In this document: positions 39,940 to 48,629 of the stretch, piece by piece
Layout: each line of letters starts with the position of its first letter
Numbering within the stretch: the first letter of the stretch is position 1
Virus record (IMG/VR): IMGVR_UViG_3300024262_000026
Location: 1-64,000 of that record
Direction: 5' to 3' (one strand)
DNA: 64,000 nt
Source: a virus
Notes under the pieces: generated by a model
What the model was told of the DNA's origin: nothing
What the model saw: the letters and a program-made list of their open reading frames with translations, nothing else
Databases searched by the model: none
Translations under genes and position numbers: made by a program

Positions 39940-40674
39940 TTAAAGTTTATGATTATTTATTCTATTTTGTGCTAATTCAAAAGTTTCAGACTCTATCTCA
40001 ATACCAATAAATTTTCTATTAGTGTTAAGGCAAGCTATTCCTGTAGTACCTGAACCCATAACATTATCCAACACAACATCGCCTTCATTTGTGTAAGTTT
40101 TTATTAATTCTTCTAACAATTCTATACTTTTCTCTGTTCTATGAAGAGACTTGCTAGGGTGTGGCTTTTGAAAAGAAAAAATAGATGTTGGGTATTTTTC
40201 TGTTGTGCCCGCTCTCGAATCATCAACCATATCAAAATCACCATAATTTTGATTTTTATGTTCTTTATTTAAATATGATGTACCTTTAGAATGTAATGGT
40301 TTGCCACATATAAATTGTGGATTATAAGTTGGCAATTTTGAATAAAAGACAGCTATTTGTTCATGAACCCTCAATGGCATCCTGTTTGCATTTAAAAATC
40401 CACTAATCAATTGTTTATCCCAAATTATATCATATCTAAACATTTTTCTATTTGAATTAACTAAATCAACATAAAATATACCTTGAGAGAATAATAATAT
40501 TGGACCATTATCTTTAATAACTCTTTTATATTGCTTCCATAATGGCTCAAAAGGAATTCTAATATCCTTCTTATTTTGTGTCACACCAAACGGCAAGTCT
40601 GCCAATATTATATCGACACTTTTATCTTCTATTTTATTCATCACATTTAAACAATCACCCTTATATAATATCAT
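39940..40674 (-). CDS. DNA amino-methyltransferase (beta class)
   Basis: DLPFG, HRTEK, VLDNVMGSGTT. Confidence 0.9.
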   Translation of the reverse strand: MILYKGDCLNVMNKIEDKSVDIILADLPFGVTQNKKDIRIPFEPLWKQYKRVIKDNGPILLFSQGIFYVDLVNSNRKMFRYDIIWDKQLISGFLNANRMPLRVHEQIAVFYSKLPTYNPQFICGKPLHSKGTSYLNKEHKNQNYGDFDMVDDSRAGTTEKYPTSIFSFQKPHPSKSLHRTEKSIELLEELIKTYTNEGDVVLDNVMGSGTTGIACLNTNRKFIGIEIESETFELAQNRINNHKL

Positions 40675-40778
40675 ATATTTTATTAATTTTTACTTTATAT
40701 ATTTAAAAAATGATATTGTTTTTGTTACCTTTTTACATTTACATTTTTAATATATAAATAAAAACCACTTTTTATAAA

Positions 40779-41822
40779 ATGAAATGGACAAAAGAAGAAT
40801 GTACAAAAGAGGCACAAAAATATTTATATAAAAAAGATTTTAAAAAATATTCATCAGGCGCATATACATCATCAATTAAAAATAAATGGTTGGATGATAT
40901 AACTAAACATATGATATCTTTACGAAAAAGCAAAGATGAGTGGACATTAGAAGAATGTAGAGATATTGCAAAAAAATACAAAACAAGGACAGAATTTAAT
41001 AAAAAAAGTATATCAGCTTATAGAATATCATTATCTAATGATTGGATAGCTGATGTTTGTTCACATATGAATTGTTATGGTAATAGGTATTTGAGATGTA
41101 TATACTCATATGAATTTAGTGATAACTCAATATATATTGGGTTAACATATAATACGGATAATAGACATAAAAAACATATGTTTAAAGGAACAGTAAAAGA
41201 ACATATGATTAAAATTAACGAGAATCCAAAAATTAAAAAATTAACAGAATATCTACCAATAAATGAAGCAAAAAATGAAGAATATAAATATGTAGAATTT
41301 TATAAAAAAAATGGCTGGAAAATTTTGAACAAAATAAAAACAGGGGGAGTTGGAGGCACATCAATCATATGGAATTATGAAAATTGTAAAAAGGAATCAT
41401 TGAAATATAAAAGTAGAAGTGAATTTGCAAAAAATAACGGTAGCGCATACTATTCATCTATAAAAAACAAATGGCTAGATGATATATGTTCTCATATGAT
41501 ACTAAAAAAGAAACCTAATGGATATTGGAATTATGAAAATTGTAAAAAAGAAGCCTTAAGATATAAAACTAAAAAATTTTTTTATAAAAACTCAAAAGGT
41601 GCTTATAACTCAGCAAAAAGAAACAAATGGCTTAATAATATCTGTGAACATATGATAGGTAATAAAAACATAGGATATTGGAATTATGAAAATTGTAAAA
41701 AAGAAGCTTTAAAATATAAAACTAAAACAGAATTTAAAACTAAATGTGGTAGTGGCTATTTTTATAGCTATAAAAACAAATGGCTTAATGATATCTGTGA
41801 ACATATGACAAAAAGCGATTGA
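40779..41822 (+). CDS. GIY-YIG-like homing endonuclease with five ~50-aa repeats
   Basis: CIYSYEFSDNSIYIGLT..R..H; repeats WxxExCxxEAxKY...AY...KWLxxICxHM. Confidence 0.75.
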   Translation: MKWTKEECTKEAQKYLYKKDFKKYSSGAYTSSIKNKWLDDITKHMISLRKSKDEWTLEECRDIAKKYKTRTEFNKKSISAYRISLSNDWIADVCSHMNCYGNRYLRCIYSYEFSDNSIYIGLTYNTDNRHKKHMFKGTVKEHMIKINENPKIKKLTEYLPINEAKNEEYKYVEFYKKNGWKILNKIKTGGVGGTSIIWNYENCKKESLKYKSRSEFAKNNGSAYYSSIKNKWLDDICSHMILKKKPNGYWNYENCKKEALRYKTKKFFYKNSKGAYNSAKRNKWLNNICEHMIGNKNIGYWNYENCKKEALKYKTKTEFKTKCGSGYFYSYKNKWLNDICEHMTKSD

Positions 41823-41830
41823 TTTAATTA

Positions 41831-42358
41831 ATGGAACTACCTAATAATGAACAAATATATAAAGATATGTTTGATATGATGAATAAGGTTTTCAAAGAAA
41901 ATAACGTTTTTCAAAGAAAACCAACAATACTTTATGATGATTATTATACAAATTTTATAACATTTTTGAAAAATAGCTTTGAATATGATCGTTTTCAAAA
42001 TGAAAAGTTAAATATTGTTGATTATGTTGATAATTTTAAAAATTTAGAACTATTCTTTAAAATTATCAGTAATACGAATGTTTTTTTAGTTGAACAACCA
42101 TCATTTATTTTGCATTATCTTCAAGATGATAACCAACTAACTACAATTACTAAACAAGTATCCGAAACAAACATTTATGGCTTTGTTGATGAATTTAATA
42201 AAAGCAATAAAATATTTATTTTATATATGATTAGGAGTAATGGAATGTTGAGATATGTCACAGTTGATAAAGATCCAAGATACATACAACTTAATGTGAA
42301 AGAAAGATTAAAGAAAGAAAGAAGATTAAAATTAGAACAAATAAATGAAACAATATAA
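41831..42358 (+). CDS. Hypothetical protein with RxxKLxxI tag
   Basis: Ends ERRLKLEQINE. Confidence 0.75.
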   Translation: MELPNNEQIYKDMFDMMNKVFKENNVFQRKPTILYDDYYTNFITFLKNSFEYDRFQNEKLNIVDYVDNFKNLELFFKIISNTNVFLVEQPSFILHYLQDDNQLTTITKQVSETNIYGFVDEFNKSNKIFILYMIRSNGMLRYVTVDKDPRYIQLNVKERLKKERRLKLEQINETI

Positions 42359-42731
42359 ATGGATAATATGGTTTCCTAAAAAATGGGAGAGACATACACA
42401 TTCATCTCCTTCTGTGCTTTATGGATATTTAGATGGTGAAATATTTATATCAAATAAATATCTTTTCAATACTGACATTGAAAGTGAATCTAATGGTTTC
42501 ACACCTATTGATGAAAGATTTAAAGAAAAATATTATTATGAATTTTTTGATTCTAAAGATGATGTCGTTATATTGAGCAAAGAACTTCAAAGGGAAAAAT
42601 ATAAAATAAAACAAGAATTTCAAGATAAAATGGAAAACTTTTATTCTAAAACATCTTTAAAAAAGATGAAAAATAAAATTAGAGAAGCGAAATTAAAACA
42701 AATAAATGAGCAAATTTACGATAGGGGATAG
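42345..42731 (+). CDS. Hypothetical protein with RxxKLxxI tag
   Basis: IREAKLKQINE. Confidence 0.75.
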   Translation: MKQYKWIIWFPKKWERHTHSSPSVLYGYLDGEIFISNKYLFNTDIESESNGFTPIDERFKEKYYYEFFDSKDDVVILSKELQREKYKIKQEFQDKMENFYSKTSLKKMKNKIREAKLKQINEQIYDRG

Positions 42732-42975
42732 AGTTATTTATATTGGTTTCAATGATGATGGTTTAGATGGTCCAAATGCTTGGAAATTAGAAAGATTGCA
42801 AGAATATACTATCACAAATAAAGCATTTGAAACACATAAAGATACAGGTATGTTTTATGGTGTGAGAGATTATAAAGGTGTAGAAACTACTTGGTATAAA
42901 GAAAAGGATTTTATAAGTATTGTTGAAGCTAGAAAATTAAAATTAGATAAGATAAATGATAGATATAACATATAA
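42706..42975 (+). CDS. Hypothetical protein with RxxKLxxI tag
   Basis: MSKFTIGDRV...ARKLKLDKIND. Confidence 0.75.
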   Translation: MSKFTIGDRVIYIGFNDDGLDGPNAWKLERLQEYTITNKAFETHKDTGMFYGVRDYKGVETTWYKEKDFISIVEARKLKLDKINDRYNI

Positions 42976-43789
42976 TAGAACAGAAAACACAACTCGGGTA
43001 GAATTATCAACATTTAACATTTTTAATGAGGAACAATTACCTCTTGTAGTAAAATTTAAAAATTTTATTAACAATAAAATAGTTTGGACTCGAAAATTAG
43101 ATGAAGGTTGTTGGGTTGAATGGTCAGGTGGTGAAGTCATATACAATTTTACAATTGATACTGCTCAAGAACAACGAGTATTAGATTGGAAATATCAAGT
43201 TGAAAATAATGGCACACTTGTAGAAAAAACATTATATTATTTCATTAAAAATACCCCACATAGAACTAAAGGACTTATTGTTGGTTCACATAATGGATTA
43301 TGGGGTCAATGGATATTTCCAGTAATAGAAAATGCTTGTGATGTTGTAATGGTTGATGGTAGTTCACTTCAATTGGAAGAAGCCAAAATAAACTATTCTC
43401 ATCTAAATAATTGTAAATTTATAAATGAAATAGTTACACCTGATGGTAAAGATGTTACTTGGTTTCAAGGTAAAGAAGGGTGTACAGATACCGTGGATAA
43501 GAAAATTATTTCAAAATTTTTAAACGAAGATGAAATCATAAGTAGTTTTAGAACGACTATATCAATAAACAATATTTTTGAACAATACGGAAACTTTGAT
43601 TGGCTCTATTTAGATGCTGAAGGTATAGACTCAGATTTAATATTATCTCTTAATTATCATCCTGGTTTAATAATATATGAACCTGATCATATCTCTGATA
43701 AACAAAATATCAAATTGATGGAATGGTTTAAATTAAATGGGTATAAAGTATTTGAAGAATTAGATTGTATAGCAATAAAAGAAATATGA
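42956..43789 (+). CDS. FkbM-like SAM-dependent methyltransferase (divergent)
   Basis: LIVGSHNG, DWLYLDAEGID..I, IIYE. Confidence 0.65.
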   Translation: MIDITYNRTENTTRVELSTFNIFNEEQLPLVVKFKNFINNKIVWTRKLDEGCWVEWSGGEVIYNFTIDTAQEQRVLDWKYQVENNGTLVEKTLYYFIKNTPHRTKGLIVGSHNGLWGQWIFPVIENACDVVMVDGSSLQLEEAKINYSHLNNCKFINEIVTPDGKDVTWFQGKEGCTDTVDKKIISKFLNEDEIISSFRTTISINNIFEQYGNFDWLYLDAEGIDSDLILSLNYHPGLIIYEPDHISDKQNIKLMEWFKLNGYKVFEELDCIAIKEI

Positions 43790-44046
43790 GATACGAAAAA
43801 GAATATTTAGATAAAATTGGAATGAAAGTATCACACAAAATTGATGAAGATACAATGGCACCAATAGTAACATTTGAACTTAATGGTGTTGAATCTACAA
43901 TAAAAATGACAAGACTTGATATGGAAGATTTTAAAAGTGGTCCACCATATGATGATTTTATTGTTAAAAGAATTAACTCACATATAACAGAATTAATAAA
44001 AATTGTTAGGAAAAAGAAATTGGAAGATATAAATGAAATGGACTGA
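43786..44046 (+). CDS. Small protein with capsid-like segments and RxxKLxxI tag
   Basis: IDEDTMAP, MTRLDMEDFK, VRKKKLEDINE; ATG 43786 overlaps the upstream stop. Confidence 0.7.
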   Translation: MRYEKEYLDKIGMKVSHKIDEDTMAPIVTFELNGVESTIKMTRLDMEDFKSGPPYDDFIVKRINSHITELIKIVRKKKLEDINEMD

Positions 44047-44314
44047 AGAAAGAAGAAAAGCATACGGTATTGATTTAGATACTATGAGTGAAGCGACAAT
44101 GGCACCAAGATTAAGAATAACAATTAATGGATACTCAACCTTAATGTCATTAACTAGAGAATTTATAGAAGATTTAAAATGGCAAACACCGAATTCAGAA
44201 GTGTTTATTGATAGTATGATAGATGATGAAATTGAAAGACACCCTGAATTTAAAAGGATAGTCAGAAAAAAGAAATTGGAACAAATTGAACGATTGGACA
44301 GAACGGATAGATAA
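44033..44314 (+). CDS. Paralogue of upstream gene; capsid-like segments and RxxKLxxI tag
   Basis: MSEATMAP, LTREFIEDLK, VRKKKLEQIE. Confidence 0.7.
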   Translation: MKWTEERRKAYGIDLDTMSEATMAPRLRITINGYSTLMSLTREFIEDLKWQTPNSEVFIDSMIDDEIERHPEFKRIVRKKKLEQIERLDRTDR

Positions 44315-44588
44315 TATGTATTGGTGGGATGAATATAAAAAAGAAACTATTATAATCTCCAAAGAAGATGTTAATGAATCAGTAGGTAAAGGTATGCCTA
44401 CTAAGATCATAAAGAAAAACACAAAACTAAAAATTACAGATAGTTTCAAATTTATGATATTTGTAGAAGATGAAAATAGAAATTTGGGGGTAATTGATAC
44501 TAAAGATATAAATAGATTTTATAATACTAAAGAAAGTGCTAAAATTATTAGAAAAGAAAAATTAGATAAGATAAATGATAAAATATAA
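44286..44588 (+). CDS. Hypothetical protein with RxxKLxxI tag
   Basis: IRKEKLDKIND; true start may be ATG 44316. Confidence 0.7.
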   Translation: MNDWTERIDNMYWWDEYKKETIIISKEDVNESVGKGMPTKIIKKNTKLKITDSFKFMIFVEDENRNLGVIDTKDINRFYNTKESAKIIRKEKLDKINDKI

Positions 44589-45132
44589 TTTTGGAATAGA
44601 ATGTGAAATATCTTGGAATAAATTTCTCTGTGTTAATATGGGTGAAGAAAGACGATATAAACAAGAATTTGAAAATTTTAATGAATTTTTCTATTTTTTA
44701 GAACACAATAAACGAACTATAACAAAATTATTATTTGATGGGTATGAATATATTCTTCAAAATGGACTATTACATAATTTATACGGACCTGCAAAATTAA
44801 GACATAAAGAAAAAGAAGATGGAGATCCATTTTTCGGCACAACCAAATGGTTTTTTATCAATGGTAAATTGGTAACCGATAAATTAGAAAACTATAGGGG
44901 ATGTAAGAATTTAGAAGATTTTGAAAATAATGAAATTTTCTTTTACGAAGAAGTAACAGGTAAAAAATCTGGTAGAGATGAAAAGACTGGACAACTTTAT
45001 AGACGAAAAGAGGGTATTGATTATATAAAACATCCAATAAATTTAGAATCACTTAGACAAAAAGATATAAGAAAAAAGAAATTAGACCAAATAGATGAGC
45101 AAGATAATTATAATCAGCAATACCCAATTTAA
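44575..45132 (+). CDS. Hypothetical protein with RxxKLxxI tag
   Basis: GLLHNLYGPA..KWFFING; IRKKKLDQIDE. Confidence 0.75.
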   Translation: MIKYNFGIECEISWNKFLCVNMGEERRYKQEFENFNEFFYFLEHNKRTITKLLFDGYEYILQNGLLHNLYGPAKLRHKEKEDGDPFFGTTKWFFINGKLVTDKLENYRGCKNLEDFENNEIFFYEEVTGKKSGRDEKTGQLYRRKEGIDYIKHPINLESLRQKDIRKKKLDQIDEQDNYNQQYPI

Positions 45133-46063
45133 CATATCAAAAAACCTTACAACTAAAGAATGGTTGAAGAATATGGATTATTATTTCAACAACGAATTTA
45201 TACCTTATTTAAAGCAAAATAAGAGCGATAACGACATATTAGTACACTTAGGTAATCTACTATCAAATACCAAAAACATCAACTTAGAAGTCTTAAAATT
45301 CATTCAGGAGACATTTGAGAGTATAAGTTCAATACTACCAGTCTATATTTTAAACGGTGAAAATGATACACACACAAAAACCATCTTAAACAACATTAAA
45401 GATATTGAAATAATATCAGAACCTAAAGAAATTGAAATTTTATTAGACCAAAGATTCGCAATGTTACCAAGTAATAGTAAAGTAGAAGATATTGACAAAT
45501 TTGATTCTGATTATTGTTTTTTTCACTTTGATATTAATACACCTCAAAGAGATTCAATACTTAAAAAATTATCAAAATTTCAAAAATGTTATTGTGGTTA
45601 TTATGATAAAAATGGTGTTATGAAAAATATTAAATTTTTAGGTTCACCATACAACTTAGAAAAAGATGAAAAGAAAGGGTTTATTGTTCTAGAAACACAC
45701 ACTAATAAAGATAAATTTATTCTTAATAAAATAAGTCCATCATTTAAAAAAATTACAATAAATGATGATGAAGATTTTGAAATAGATAAATCCATATTTT
45801 TAAATAACTACGTGAGTCTCACATTAAATAAAAAACTTTTTGTTGATAATAAACTAAAAATAGAAATGTTATTATCAGAAAATGATTTTAAAAATGTTTC
45901 TTATACGGATGATGATATTAAAAGAGATAGAGATCTGATACAATTAGATGGCGAATCAGTTTCATTGAAAGAGATGATATCCGAATATATACAGAAATCA
46001 GAAATAGATAATAAAGATAGATTATTACAAGAATTTGAAAAAATAACAAAATTAAATGGATAA
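45095..46063 (+). CDS. Mre11/SbcD/gp47-like nuclease homologue with degenerate metal ligands
   Basis: Fold pattern retained (LVHLG, FLGSPY, KGFIVL, NKISPSF) but ligands read SNTQ, GNL, GEND, GYYD. Confidence 0.75.
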   Translation: MSKIIIISNTQFNISKNLTTKEWLKNMDYYFNNEFIPYLKQNKSDNDILVHLGNLLSNTKNINLEVLKFIQETFESISSILPVYILNGENDTHTKTILNNIKDIEIISEPKEIEILLDQRFAMLPSNSKVEDIDKFDSDYCFFHFDINTPQRDSILKKLSKFQKCYCGYYDKNGVMKNIKFLGSPYNLEKDEKKGFIVLETHTNKDKFILNKISPSFKKITINDDEDFEIDKSIFLNNYVSLTLNKKLFVDNKLKIEMLLSENDFKNVSYTDDDIKRDRDLIQLDGESVSLKEMISEYIQKSEIDNKDRLLQEFEKITKLNG

Positions 46064-46259
46064 TTATTACAAAGAATTATTAAAGAAACATTATGAATCA
46101 ATAAATGAAAAAGATATACAAGAGTATATGGATTTCTGTTTGGATTACGTTAAAGAAAACATCATAAATTGTTATAGTAATGAGAAATCAACAAAAAATG
46201 TTATTGAAGAATTATTTAAAAGAGGTATGGCTAAAAAATGGAAATTAAAACATGATTGA
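46056..46259 (+). CDS. Hypothetical protein
   Basis: 67 aa, overlapping both neighbours. Confidence 0.65.
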   Translation: MDNYYKELLKKHYESINEKDIQEYMDFCLDYVKENIINCYSNEKSTKNVIEELFKRGMAKKWKLKHD

Positions 46260-46518
46260 TTTAAAAGGTAAAGTAAATTTTAGGGATTTTACTACAGAAG
46301 ATTTATTGGAATTGGGAATACAAAGTATTTCTACAATATCTGAGGCTTCTTGGAAACCAAAAGTTATGTTTAAATTTTTGGACGGCAATGAAGAATCATT
46401 TAGTGTAAATAAAGATGAAAATATTGAAGATAAAATAAACAATAAAATAAACGAAATTGTTAGAAAGAAAATAGTAGAACAACGAAAAGAAAAACTAAAC
46501 CAATTAAAATGTTATTAG
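46252..46518 (+). CDS. Small protein with capsid-like segment and RxxKLxxL tag
   Basis: QSISTISEASWKPKVMFK; QRKEKLNQLK. Confidence 0.7.
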   Translation: MIDLKGKVNFRDFTTEDLLELGIQSISTISEASWKPKVMFKFLDGNEESFSVNKDENIEDKINNKINEIVRKKIVEQRKEKLNQLKCY

Positions 46519-46778
46519 ATTTCACAACATTGTCAGATGATCAAATACAATTTTTCCTAAAATTTTTAAAAGCTGACATAATTGAAAAAGGAGAAATTGA
46601 AAGATATATATTATCAGGTAAATGTATCAAAATTAAAATATCGTATTATGATACTATTATAATTGAACCTGAAAAAATTATATTTTATCCTGAGGTTGGT
46701 ACACCTCAAACTATTCTCACAATTGAAAATATTCAAAATTGTGTTAATCTATATAATGAATTGATTAAAAATAATTAG
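46509..46778 (+). CDS. Hypothetical protein
   Basis: Last ORF of the array. Confidence 0.7.
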   Translation: MLLDFTTLSDDQIQFFLKFLKADIIEKGEIERYILSGKCIKIKISYYDTIIIEPEKIIFYPEVGTPQTILTIENIQNCVNLYNELIKNN

Positions 46779-46781
46779 CAT

Positions 46782-46816
46782 AAAAAAAGAGAAAGTTAAA
46801 ACTTTCTCTTTTTTTT
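46782..46816. terminator. Bidirectional terminator ending the array
   Basis: aaaaaaagagaaagtt/aactttctcttttttt. Confidence 0.85.
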
Positions 46817-46825
46817 ATGTAAGTA

Positions 46826-47974
46826 CTATTTCTTATTAATTTTAAATCCCATTCCTTTTGTAGAATCATCAACATCAGCCAAATCAATTAATTGTTTTCC
46901 ATTCTTATCATCATAAACTTCTGCTAAAGTTGCCGCAGTTGTAAATTTTTTATTTGCACCAATATACTTAGACAAATCAGTTGCTTGTATAGGTGTTAAT
47001 TTTTTAAATTTATAGTTCACCATCAATCTACCCTTTCTCAAAAGTGCTTCATCAATTATTTTCTTTTCCACATTTAAAGTAGCAATAATTTGCATATCCA
47101 AATAATCATTCAATAAACCATCACTCATATTTAAAATATTTGTAACTGCTTGATCTCTATCCTCAGTAGTATTTGTTAAGATTGTTTCGGCATCTTCTAA
47201 AAGTAAAACAGTATTTTTAAATTTAGAAACAAAAGAAATCAACTCAGGTTCTGCAATACCATACATCATATAACTTGGTACATATATAATAGTCTTTTCC
47301 TCTGATAAATCGTGTATAATTTTACGGATATATGTTGTCTTACCAGTACCTGGTGATCCATGAAATAGAAACAAACCTTTTTTATTTTCTGATAATTTTT
47401 TAATAATTTCTTTATCTTTATCAATAAATTCCTCACCATAATTCATCTTCAAATTAATATCAAGATCCTTAACGGTAGCATTACGAAGTTCATATCCATA
47501 ATTACCTCTTGAAATAAGGAAAAATGATTTGTTTTTTGGTGGATGGTATGTCATTTCTTCAAGTTTTGGTAAAATATCATTATTGACAAAATCAGTCGAA
47601 TCTGACTGGAAATAAATTAACATTTCAAATATTTTATCCTCTTGTTCTTCAGGGGTTTCATATAACTCCGAATCAATAACCTTTTTTTCATCATAAAAAA
47701 TAAACATCACTTTATATGGTTTATTTAGAGTTACAACATACTTATAACTTCGCTCTTCCCTACCTTTTATATCCTTTTGTATATCACAATGAACCATCAT
47801 ATTCTCAGGTTTAACATTATATTCAGTTTTTAAAAAATTCCAAAACTTATCCGATATTATCTGTTGTGATATAGAAAACCTATTTGTAAACTTACCAAAT
47901 TCTACATAGGCATATACATCCTCTTGTCTTTCAAATATATCATTTGAAAGTGTCAAATTTATTGTTTTATCCAT
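46826..47974 (-). CDS. AAA+ ATPase
   Basis: HGSPGTGKT, LLLEDAE, LNMSDG, ALLRKGR. Confidence 0.9.
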   Translation of the reverse strand: MDKTINLTLSNDIFERQEDVYAYVEFGKFTNRFSISQQIISDKFWNFLKTEYNVKPENMMVHCDIQKDIKGREERSYKYVVTLNKPYKVMFIFYDEKKVIDSELYETPEEQEDKIFEMLIYFQSDSTDFVNNDILPKLEEMTYHPPKNKSFFLISRGNYGYELRNATVKDLDINLKMNYGEEFIDKDKEIIKKLSENKKGLFLFHGSPGTGKTTYIRKIIHDLSEEKTIIYVPSYMMYGIAEPELISFVSKFKNTVLLLEDAETILTNTTEDRDQAVTNILNMSDGLLNDYLDMQIIATLNVEKKIIDEALLRKGRLMVNYKFKKLTPIQATDLSKYIGANKKFTTAATLAEVYDDKNGKQLIDLADVDDSTKGMGFKINKK

Positions 47975-48612
47975 TAATTAATATTTTTTTTGAATCTTTC
48001 TTCTATGAAATCATAATTAACCACTCGCTTCTCTATATCCGAATACGAATTCATCTGAGTTGTCATCATCGGGTTAACCATCAAACATATATATTTTTCT
48101 TGAAAATGTTGTGCAAGATAAACGTCAAGAATATCATTCATATTTGCTATTCTATTAACACCCTCATATCTTTTAATAAAAGTGTCGTATGATTTTTCAT
48201 TATACGCCATAGAATGTACAGCAAATGAATTTTTCAATAATATAAGATTTGGTTTTATCTTTATTAACTTATTGTGTGTATTGGCACCTAAGTAAAATAG
48301 AGTCCAATCTAAATTACCAATTTGACTTAATGATTCAGCAAGCACTTCTTGAGGATTATCTACAATAAATTCTACGTCATCCTCAAACACAAGCACATTT
48401 TTTAAGCCCTTCTTTTTTGCTAATTTTACAATACCAAGATTAGATTTAATAATACCTATCCTACCATCATTATCACGAATTGCTGAAAATCTTTGTACTC
48501 TATCTTTAATTCCAGCCTTTTCAAATTCTTTTTGTGCATGTTCCCACCTATCAGTTCGTTCATCAAGATTTACACAATACATTTCATCAAAGAAATCAAA
48601 TGGATTGTTCAT
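47974..48612 (-). CDS. Glycosyltransferase family 25
   Basis: YCVNLDERTDR, RFSAI, VLVFEDD. Confidence 0.88.
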   Translation of the reverse strand: MNNPFDFFDEMYCVNLDERTDRWEHAQKEFEKAGIKDRVQRFSAIRDNDGRIGIIKSNLGIVKLAKKKGLKNVLVFEDDVEFIVDNPQEVLAESLSQIGNLDWTLFYLGANTHNKLIKIKPNLILLKNSFAVHSMAYNEKSYDTFIKRYEGVNRIANMNDILDVYLAQHFQEKYICLMVNPMMTTQMNSYSDIEKRVVNYDFIEERFKKNIN

Positions 48613-48629
48613 TTTTCTTTATTATTTTT

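Noticed and set aside
40779-41822. DNA-level repeats (e.g. ggatattggaattatgaaaattgtaaaaaagaagc) as a non-coding element
   Set aside because: They are in-frame repeats of the endonuclease's protein domain.
34550-46518. Classical integron or diversity-generating retroelement as the explanation for the array
   Set aside because: No integrase, reverse transcriptase, attC-like hairpins or TR/VR pair is visible in the window.
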